Source: Paraspadella gotoi
Taxonomy: Eukaryota > Animalia > Chaetognatha
NCBI GenBank assembly: GCA_051294375.1
Contig: JBJCIZ010000157.1
Coordinates: 1 to 9,486 of the forward strand
Direction: 5' to 3'
Length of the DNA stretch: 9,486 nucleotides
Of the stretch, positions 1 through 7,730 are shown in pieces; the stretch's first letter is position 1, and every line of letters begins with the position of its first letter. The notes under the pieces were generated by a model. That model worked only from the letters and a program-made list of their open reading frames with translations. It was not told where the DNA came from and did not search any database. Position numbers and translations under genes: made by a program.

Positions 1-143
1 ACCAGAGAGAAGATCAACCTTTTTTTTTCCTCCTGGATTCTTGAATTAAATCGAAGCTCGAAACTCGACTTTCAATTATTCACTCAATTCTTCTATTTGT
101 AGCTGGCGTTTGTGTTGGCACCGCCAGACGAAATGGGCCATCT

Positions 144-327
144 TCTCTCTCTCTCTCTCTCTCTCTCTCCTCTCTCATCTCTCATGCTCTCTCTCTCTCG
201 TTCTGTTCTTTTTGTCATCTCGATCCTTCTCCTGTCAGCCCATTTCCTGGCTCAGCACTCTCTCATTCATAAATTTTTTTTCTCTCTTTCACTAAAACGT
301 TTCCCTTCCTCTCTCTCTCCTCTCTCC

Positions 328-390
<63 letters not shown>

Positions 391-484
391 TCTCTCTTCC
401 TCTCTCAATCAATATCCCAATTTACGTTTTCAAGCAACTGCGTTCTCCTCTCATCCTCTCTCTCTCTCTCTCTCTCTCCCTCCT
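144..484. repeat. Compound interrupted (CT)n microsatellite / polypyrimidine tract
   Basis: CT dinucleotide runs at about 144-199, 281-288, 309-406 and 455-480. They produce the poly-SL text in ORFs 110..295 and 112..591. Confidence 0.95.
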
Positions 485-717
485 CCCCTCACTTCAACGC
501 CCATCTGTTCTTTTCGGGCTTCCCTATTTTTTTTCGTTCGAATCGCCAACAAACAGATGGCGGCTTCCATCCTAAAAAAAAATGGCGCTGATTTTAAGCC
601 TCGAGGAAATTCGGCTTCGCGTCGAATCTCACTTCCGGAATTTTTTTAGAGACGCGGAGATAAATGGAACGGCCGAAAGTGGTGAGGACGATGAAGACGA
701 GGGACACCACGATCATA

Positions 718-755
718 GACGACGACAAAGACGACGACGACAAAGACGACGACGA
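718..755. repeat. (GAC)n trinucleotide repeat interrupted by AAA
   Basis: Reads gacgacgacaaa-gacgacgacgacaaa-gacgacgacga. Confidence 0.9.
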
Positions 756-906
756 GCAGCTAAAGACGAACAGTGATGTTTTTCGAGAATAAAGACTCTC
801 CGCCCCCTCCCCGTCTTTTTCCCCGATCTCTCTCCCTTCAACATGGTCAGCCTTAGAGAACCGGAAATCCAAAGAAAGTGACCAAACAAACAACGCGACG
901 AACGAT

Positions 907-971
907 TGACGACGACGGCGACGAAGATGACGACGACGGCGACGAAGAATGACGACGAACGACCGACGACG
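907..971. repeat. Degenerate (GAC/GAA)n repeat containing an exact 21-bp tandem duplication
   Basis: tgacgacgacggcgacgaaga occurs at 907-927 and 928-948, followed by decayed GAC units. Confidence 0.9.
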
Positions 972-1221
972 CCGGAGGAAGAGGATCACAAGACATCTTC
1001 TTGATGCACAACTTTCGTTCCTATATATATTTTGAGTCAGTAACATTTAGTTAAAAATTTCGATTTAAGTTCGTGCGCAAAAAAAAAAATCATTTTCGCT
1101 CGACTTTTCTCGAAGCATAATTCTTCCCTCATCTTTAAGGTCAATTCATCACGCCCCTCATTTTTTTTAAACATTAAAGATTCACAAACTCCATCGTTGT
1201 TCTTTCTGGTATGCCATGGAT

Positions 1222-1236
1222 GTCGTCGTTGGTCGT

Positions 1237-1267
<31 letters not shown>

Positions 1268-1268
1268 C
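1222..1268. repeat. (GTCGTT)n hexanucleotide microsatellite
   Basis: Reads gtcgttgtcgttgtcgttgtcgttgtcgtc. It gives poly-V on the + ORF and poly-T on the - ORF. Confidence 0.9.
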
Positions 1269-1664
1269 AAAGTAACCGCCACGCCCTCTTTGTATTCTTT
1301 AATCGTATTTTTTTTTTCGTCGCCATTGATCGTCGATGGCATTGCCATTGCCGTTGCACCCTCCCTGTCGCCATTCTTGTGGATTAACGTCAACAGCCGT
1401 CCATGGAAAGGCATCTGTATTATTTTCCCGATCATATTCCCGATCAATGTGACCATTTCCTTCAAGCCTTTAAAACTTGGCTTTGTCTTGACGGTCATTG
1501 CAATCAATTCAAATTCCATTCTCCATCAATCGTTCCCTTCCGGTTCCATCAATCGATTCCAGCGCCCGCGTTCCGGTTTTACAGCAAACATAATGCGACA
1601 TAGAAGGAAGATGAGTTTTTTTTTCTTCGAAAAGACTTGATGGAAATCTCGGAGGGGGAGGAAG

Positions 1665-1743
1665 ACGAGAGAGAGGAGAGAAGAGAGAGAGAGAGGAGAA
1701 GAGAGAGAGAGAGAAAGAAGAGAGAGAGAGAGAGAGAGAGAGA
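1665..1743. repeat. Interrupted (GA)n microsatellite
   Basis: About 80 nt of GA repeats within a longer purine-rich stretch. Confidence 0.95.
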
Positions 1744-2048
1744 GTCTCGTGCCCTGGAGAGATGAGGAGATGAAGGAGATTGAGGAGGAGCGAAAATGAC
1801 GAAGGAAAAACTCTAGGGAAAAACAAAGCAACAAAACAAAAGAAAAAAAAAAACCAAGAAAAAGGTAGTGAAGGTTTTATTCTTCCGCGCGAGAATCCAT
1901 TTTACGGCGGGATTTTTTTTTTTTTACGATTGCGTCGGAAAACCCGGAATTAACGAAGACCCACGGGTCGTTGATTCCCGCATGCGAGCGAGATCGGAGT
2001 AGAAAAAAGCAGAAAAAAAAAAAAATTCATTGAGCGAAATGGAATGAG

Positions 2049-2209
2049 GAGAAAGATTGGAGAAATGAATGGAGGGCAGAAGGTTGGAGAATGATGGAGA
2101 AGTTGAGAATATGGAGAAGGTTGGCAGAAATGATGGAGAAGGTTTGGAGAAAATGACGGAAAGGTTGGAGAAATGACGGAGAAGGTTGGAGAAATAAATG
2201 GATAAGGTG
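2049..2209. repeat. Purine-rich minisatellite, ~21-bp unit (consensus AAGGTTGGAGAAATGAYGGAG), about 7-8 imperfect copies
   Basis: The cleanest units are 2161-2181 and the one starting at 2182. Upstream copies differ mainly by single-base indels. Confidence 0.85.
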
Positions 2210-2237
2210 AGGTTCAAATGAACTTAATCAGTTTCCC

Positions 2238-2430
2238 AGTTTTTTTTTGTGGTGGGTCTTGCTTTTGTTTTGTTTTTGTTTTGCTTTTGTCTTGCTTTTG
2301 GTTTTTGTGTTTTTTTGGCAGGAAATCGCTCGATTCTGAACACAGAGAAACAATTCTTTCGTCGTTGTTTTTCTTTCGTCGTCGTTCTGATGTTGTTTGG
2401 GTGTTTTATGTTGTGTTTTTTTTTTTCAAT
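2238..2430. repeat. T-rich low-complexity tract with (TTTTG)-like units
   Basis: Contains gttttgttttgtttttgttttgcttttgtcttgcttttggtttttg and similar runs. Confidence 0.75.
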
Positions 2431-2700
2431 TATCATCCCACGATCTCTATTTCCTCTGGACGGATTCGTCTTCCTTGATTATCATTTCTTCAACCCTTCT
2501 TTTTTCCCCTTCTCTTTCTCCTTCGTATTAATCCATTTTATTGCGCCGCAAGTACTCGCGGAGCAACTCTATAAGTCACTTTTCGGTCGTCAGTCGGTTC
2601 GGTCTGTCCCACTTACGTTAAAAATGCATATAGTTTGCCTATGGTTGATGATTGCTTATTTGTTAAGACAGAAAAACCTCAAATCAAGTGTCTGCTAGCG

Positions 2701-2747
2701 CATGTCATGTCAGGTAGCGTCATGTCATGTAATGTCATATCATGTCA
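2701..2747. repeat. Degenerate (CATGT)n pentanucleotide repeat
   Basis: Reads catgt-catgt-caggt-agcgt-catgt-catgt-aatgt-catat-catgt-ca. Confidence 0.85.
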
Positions 2748-2857
2748 ACGGAGAAATACTCTTGATAAGGCAGTCACTGCGGCGCAGCACATTTGAATTA
2801 CTGTTCTTGTTCTACAACTTTTAATTTTCGTTATCACATCTTTTTTTTCCATTATAC

Positions 2858-3215
2858 ATTATCTCATCTTTCTTTTCACCCCTACTCTTCGTCTCATCCA
2901 TTATCTCACTCTTTTCCACCCCTACTCATATCCTTTATCTAGTCCCTTTTCTCGATATTATTTTCTCTTTTTCCACACATCCATGTTTCCTTTACTTCTC
3001 ACTTTTTTTCCATTCTTTCATTAAATCTTTTTCCACCACATCCATGTTCCATTACTTTTCTCACTTTTTCCATACTTCCATAAATCTATTTTTTCCCACA
3101 TCCATGTTTTCCATTACTTTCTCCTTTTTCCATTCTTCCGTTAAATCTCTTTTTCCACCACATCCACGTTTCCATTACTTTCTCTCTTTTTTTTTCCATT
3201 CTTCCATTCCTCCAT
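2858..3215. repeat. Pyrimidine-rich minisatellite region: a ~40-bp duplication followed by ~4 copies of a ~61-bp unit
   Basis: acccctactc occurs at 2878 and 2918. The anchor acatccaYg occurs at 2977, 3038, 3098 and 3160 (spacing 61, 60, 62). G is almost absent on the + strand. Confidence 0.85.
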
Positions 3216-3257
3216 TTCTCAAATTCCCTCTCCTTTCCCCGCAATTCCCTTTCTCAC

Positions 3258-3439
3258 CGGGAGGGGCGCTCGTCTGCATGACCCCCAGCGCCGGGGGAGC
3301 CTCGGCGGCTCGCGAAGGCGGCCGATTGAAGGACGTGGCTCGGGGCAGGCGTCCTCCGCGGAGAAGCCCCCCGGGGGTCTGGGGGTGTCGCGGGAGGTGC
3401 CGGCCCCGGGGCAGGGTGCTCCGTCGAAGGATGGGACGA
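3258..3439 (-). CDS. Candidate internal exon (182 nt, ~76% GC) of an unidentified gene. Pro/Arg/Gly-rich, likely disordered if coding. Frame unresolved.
   Basis: Manual count gives 139/182 G+C. On the minus strand the acceptor cttcatttcacactcAG (AG at 3441-3440) and the donor CCG|GTGAGA (GT at 3257-3256) sit at the composition boundaries. All three minus frames are stop-free across the exon. No homolog recognised. Confidence 0.45.
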
Positions 3440-3996
3440 CTGAGTGTGAAATGAAGCGGTGGATTTCTTGCGAATCGGGGTTGGTAGAAGTTGTATAAAA
3501 AAATTGTAAGTAGTTAGTACTTAGTAGAATAGGAGTCATGTATATAAAAAATATATAAAGTTGATTTTTTTTTTTTATAATGAATTTATTACGACGGAGG
3601 TCTTACGATTAGTCTTTTTCGTTTATAGAAAGATAATTGAATAACAATTATTTGTGTAGAATTATCTTATTAATATAACTCCTAGTGAACATACTTGATT
3701 ATTTTGACAATGCGTGATTGCGCTTAAAAAAAATATTGCGAGCGGAATTTAAACGTTTTGCACCAAAATCCCAAGCCTAAAAAAAAATCATAATTTCTAT
3801 TTCCGCTAAGAATTTTTCATCCTTACGAATTCTCAGAAAACCAGCAAGAAACCAAACCCAAGCGCGAAGAAATAAATCGACTACAATTTCGCAAAATACG
3901 TCAAGTACGTTTTTCACTCTCGCTTCCACTACGAAGCCAATTGAATTTAAAACATTCAAAAAGGGAAAATCGATACCCGACCGAAAGGATCCGGCG

Positions 3997-4199
3997 GTAA
4001 ATCTTGGTTTTGTTTTTTTTAATTATTTTTCTTTTCCCCTCAAACGTCCGTTTATTTCTTCTCCCCGGTTTCGCGCTCTTTCACCTCTGGCGCCCTCCTT
4101 ACCCTTTTTTCCTTATTTTTATCCCCTTTTATTCCTTATTTTTTCTTCTTTTTTCCTTCTTTTCTTTTTCCTTCTCTCGCTTCTTCTTCTTCTCTACAG
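3997..4199 (+). other. Candidate 203-nt GT-AG intron (strong 3' splice site, moderate 5' site)
   Basis: GCG|GTAAAT at 3997, then a long polypyrimidine tract ending ttcttcttcttctctacAG at 4199. The flanking frames do not join into a long recognisable ORF. Confidence 0.35.
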
Positions 4200-4276
4200 A
4201 ATTAACCCTTGCCACGAAAGCCGTTTCTTCCACCGAATGCAGTGATAAAGATCCGTCGAGTCCATTCGAGCGACGA

Positions 4277-4532
4277 CGTGACAGATACGAGTCGTTGGGG
4301 AAAAAAAAGAAACGCTTTTAGAGTGCGAACGTGACAGCGGCGTCTCAGTGACCTGAATTGCGTGACAGAGGCGTCTTATCGAACTGAATTGCGTGACAGA
4401 GGAGTTCCTATTGAACTGAAAAGCATCGCATCTGTTGATGAATTTGTAAAGATACGAGTTGCTGGGAAAAAGAGGCACATTTAGAGCTCGAAACTTGTCA
4501 GCGGCGTTTTAAATGAACAGAATGGCGTGACA
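4277..4532. repeat. Hierarchical repeat: three tandem 31-bp units nested in a diverged ~84-bp duplication
   Basis: CGTGACAG at 4277, 4330, 4361 and 4392, with CGTGACA at 4526. agatacgagt at 4283 and 4450 starts two diverged copies (4283-4367 and 4450-4532). Confidence 0.85.
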
Positions 4533-4750
4533 TGCCAGTTAATAGGTAGCAACTATGCATATCGTCAAGTTAATATAAACACCGTAAGTTTGTGGCAGAA
4601 TTCATGACTCCACTTAAAGACGACCAATGTTTTTTCCTATATTATTTTAACCGGTATTGCATGATGACATCCGACCAACAATGCTAAAATGAAATACCAT
4701 CTCTGAAAAAAAAGGTTCTCATGAAACTACTGCCCTCACTCTTATTACAG

Positions 4751-5007
4751 CAAATCACCAAGCAGGCGTCGAAAACAACGGACAACAAACCTCCGCGACA
4801 ATTCTAATTCAACTCGGCGCGAGAAAATCCTCACCCAATCAATTTCGCGGCGCAGAATCAAATCTTCGGCGTCGAACGGATCTCGGGAGACGGTCGTCCG
4901 TCATCGTCGCCCCTGAGAATGAAATGAAACCCGGGAGCCTCCATCTTGGATCCTGTTTTTGGTGGAGCGCGGGAATTCGAGTGGACACAATGAAAAAAAT
5001 GGCGTAA
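4751..5007 (+). other. CpG-rich patch: either a candidate exon with an 84-codon open frame lacking a 5' ATG, or a regulatory element
   Basis: Acceptor-like ctcactcttattacAG at 4750. The frame from 4753 reads NHQAGVENNGQQTSATILIQLGARKSSPNQFRGAESNLRRRTDLGRRSSVIVAPENEMKPGSLHLGSCFWWSAGIRVDTMKKMA* and ends at 5007. YY1-like and E2F-like motifs are also present. Confidence 0.25.
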
Positions 5008-6453
5008 CGTTTACTGTTCCGTGCATAAAAAAAAATTCACTGTTCAATATTATATATTTTCTTTTTATTTTTTTTGAAACGTTATAGGTTTCATATGCTG
5101 ATATCCAAAATATCAATGCAAAATTCTTTTTTTGTTTTTTTTTGATATGACTGAATATAGGGTGAAAGATGATAAATTTTTTTAAAAAATTACTTATTCA
5201 TATTTATTCATAGAATTGTATAGAAAAAAATAAAAAAAAAAATAATAGTACTAATAGTTAGTGTTATGTTTCAAATAGATGGAAAAAAAACCTCATTTAA
5301 AAAATTCGATCGGGAAGTGGGTAACTAAGGCTTACCAATGGCATCCTTCCACGCCGATTGTTCTCTCAAATAATTTTTTTATTTAATACATTGAAAAGGG
5401 AAAAAAAGAAAATTTGGAAATGCAGGTTGCAGAAAGGGTATAGATAATCTGGACTTATTGACATGATAACCATGACTTTTAATATCTTGTGGAAATGGGG
5501 GCAATAAAGAAATCTAAAAATTTCATCATTAAGTCGGTCAATGACCCTTTCCAATGGGCTATTACGAGAAATATTTTTTCTTAATTAAAATGAGATGATA
5601 AATAATAAAATTAAATTCCTTGCTATATTTTAAAAAAAAATTATCAATACAAATTAACACAATTGATGTTTTTGCTTTGTCAAATATGTTACCAGCTATA
5701 TAATTTTTTACACTTTAATATGATAAACAAGCAGTGTGTTCAAGCTTTTAGTTTGCAGTTAAAGATAATGAAAAAATGACGATTTTTTTTTCAAGCAAGA
5801 AGGTAGATGTCCAGACTGTTTATATCAAGCTGAAAACATTTTTGTATTATCATTTTTTAATATGTTACAATATATTTTATCAAGCTACAACATAAATTTT
5901 TGCTTGTTTTTTTACTTTAACTGAAAAATATAAGCAAATTTTATGGAATAAAAAAAAATTAATAAATAAACAAAATGTAATTCAGTCTTTCTTTTTTCAA
6001 ATTATAAAAGAAAAAGAAAAAATTTCATGTCTTCATTGAAATTTTTAAAGCAAAAACTGTTATACTTTTAACTCTGATTTAAACAAAAAGCTGTGTAAAG
6101 ATTTATGGATTTAATTCTAATAAAACTCTTTTTAGAAAGGTGTCCCATGATTAGGGCTTTAATTGATCCACATCCACCTTGCTACCTCTTTTCTTTCAAA
6201 AGTTATTTAAAAAAATAACGTTTTTTTAAATTACGCAGTACAAATCCTTTGTTAATAAAAATTTCGGCAAAGCGGGAGTATCTCACTTGTTTCTGTTGGT
6301 ACAATAATTAAATTTTAAAAATAAAACTTGAAGAAAATTTTTTTGTCATTTAGAGACATATCACTTTCAGATGTACCCATCGTATAATAATTTATTTATT
6401 TATTTCCCCCAAAAAAGCCTAATTAGAAAAGTTAAAATTTTTCAAAATTGTTG

Positions 6454-6639
6454 GGAAAAAAATTTCATCCGACCTATGCTCATTGAGAATAATGTTTTGC
6501 ATAAAAAATTAAAATATCAAAAAAATAAAAAATCAGCCTCTAGAAAAATCGAAAGGCTAGAGGCTGATTTTTTTTAGAATTGCAAAAATTTTTTCCTGAC
6601 TCATAATCATTATTCTCAAGTTTCAAAATATTTTTTTCC
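6454..6639. repeat. Imperfect inverted repeat / foldback with a perfect 17-bp central stem (possible decayed MITE)
   Basis: aaaaaatcagcctctag (6527-6543) pairs with ctagaggctgatttttt (6557-6573) around a 13-nt loop. ttgagaataatg (6483-6494) pairs with cattattctcaa (6608-6619). ggaaaaaaat (6454-6463) pairs with atttttttcc (6630-6639). Confidence 0.8.
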
Positions 6640-7280
6640 AAAATCATTCAATCAATTTTTTTTATTAATTTAAAATGTTTTTATAATGTTGTTTTTGTTT
6701 TAAGAATTGAAAAAAGTGAAAAATATAGTAATTATATAGGTTTTTGAAAAAATAACCTTTAAATATTAAATTAATTAGACACAGGGAGTAAAGCAGAGAA
6801 ACTTCCCATTCATAAGAAGAATTGAAAATGAATTTGTCATATTGTTATTTAGATTAATTGACTAATTACAAACAAATGATTCATATAAATTGAAGAAATG
6901 GATGGGTAAAAAAATATTCATCTTGTCTCGGTTAACTATTAGGTTATCGTTAAAGTTTTGTTTTAATAATATTAATATTTTTTTTGGCATTTATAAAGCA
7001 ATGGTTTAAAATTTTGTAAGCGTTTCGAGCTATATTGCTTCATCTTTTTACTATTTTTGATCTAGTTAGCTTTTTTTGTTGATTGGTCAAGGGTTATGGT
7101 CAGATACAGGTATGTCCAGTAGTGTATATCGCACATATTACAAAAGTAGTGATCAATTTTTTTTTTAATTTGGCTCAGAAACGATTTAAGGGACAAAATC
7201 AGCACGAGACCGTTTCGCCACGTTATTTTTTCATTGTGTCGTAGATAAAACGTCTGATTCGTATATATCCATTGAGATGG

Positions 7281-7283
<3 letters not shown>

Positions 7284-7349
<66 letters not shown>
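7284..7349. repeat. (GA)n microsatellite
   Basis: About 66 nt of GA repeats with two short A interruptions. Confidence 0.95.
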
Positions 7350-7352
<3 letters not shown>

Positions 7353-7676
7353 TGAAACCTGAGAAATTGCTCTATCAAATTTTTAATATCGCCTCTTGCG
7401 AATTGGACGCGTGTGAGTAGAATCATGAATGGAAGCATAGAATTTGGAACGTTCGTATCAAATATTTTTTTGATAGTGTTGAAATTATATATATATTTTA
7501 TAACCTCCTAAGTTACTTTCAATTTATAAAAAGACACAAAAAAACATATCCCATCTTTAGTCTTCGCTCGCGGTAAACAAGAATCCAGATCGGATTTTCA
7601 ATCTTCATTTTGTCGTGAGACGAAGAGAGAGGATTAATCCAATTTCATTTTCTCCTTTCAACGCTTCCTTTCCTTC

Positions 7677-7730
7677 CTCTCTCTCTCTCTCTCGTCTCTC
7701 TCTCTCATTCTCTCTCTCTCTCTCTCTCTC
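7677..7730. repeat. (CT)n microsatellite
   Basis: About 54 nt of interrupted CT repeats. Confidence 0.95.

Noticed and set aside
536-547. B-box-like GTTCGAATC as a tRNA or SINE
   Set aside because: No A box, acceptor stem or cloverleaf is visible around it.
110-591. ORFs 110..295 and 112..591 as genes
   Set aside because: They are mostly translations of (CT)n (poly-SL) and start at non-ATG codons.
582-1046. ORFs 582..776 (+; acidic then Arg-rich) and 594..1046 (-) as genes
   Set aside because: The Arg/Ser runs come from (GAC)n repeats and no family is recognisable. A small real protein cannot be excluded but is unsupported.
2570-2595. TATAAG plus TCAGTC as a TATA-Inr promoter
   Set aside because: The spacing is about 22 nt instead of about 30, and the TATA match is weak.
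1509-2698. ORFs over the (GA)n tract, the 21-bp minisatellite and the T-rich tract
   Set aside because: They stay open because low-complexity DNA lacks stop codons. Their Phe/Leu/Ser or Lys/Gln bias mirrors the repeats.
3258-3440. GC island as an HDV-like ribozyme or RNase P/MRP/SRP RNA
   Set aside because: GGCCGGC and ATGGGAC fall on opposite strands, and I found no P2/L3 partners or conserved RNase P/MRP boxes. An Rfam scan would be definitive.
4277-4532. 31-bp repeats as a CRISPR array
   Set aside because: The units are head-to-tail without unique spacers, no cas genes are present and the context is eukaryotic.
5156-5166. TATAGGGTG as a Tc1/mariner-type terminal repeat
   Set aside because: I found no matching inverted end downstream and no transposase remnant.
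6527-6575. Hairpin plus T-run as a bacterial intrinsic terminator or Helitron 3' end
   Set aside because: No prokaryotic gene is nearby, the hairpin is the centre of a larger palindrome, and no CTRR end follows at the expected distance.
6364-6577. ctttcAG|ATG plus ORF 6371..6577 as a trans-spliced gene
   Set aside because: The peptide is a K/N/F/I-rich translation of AT-rich DNA that runs into the foldback repeat.
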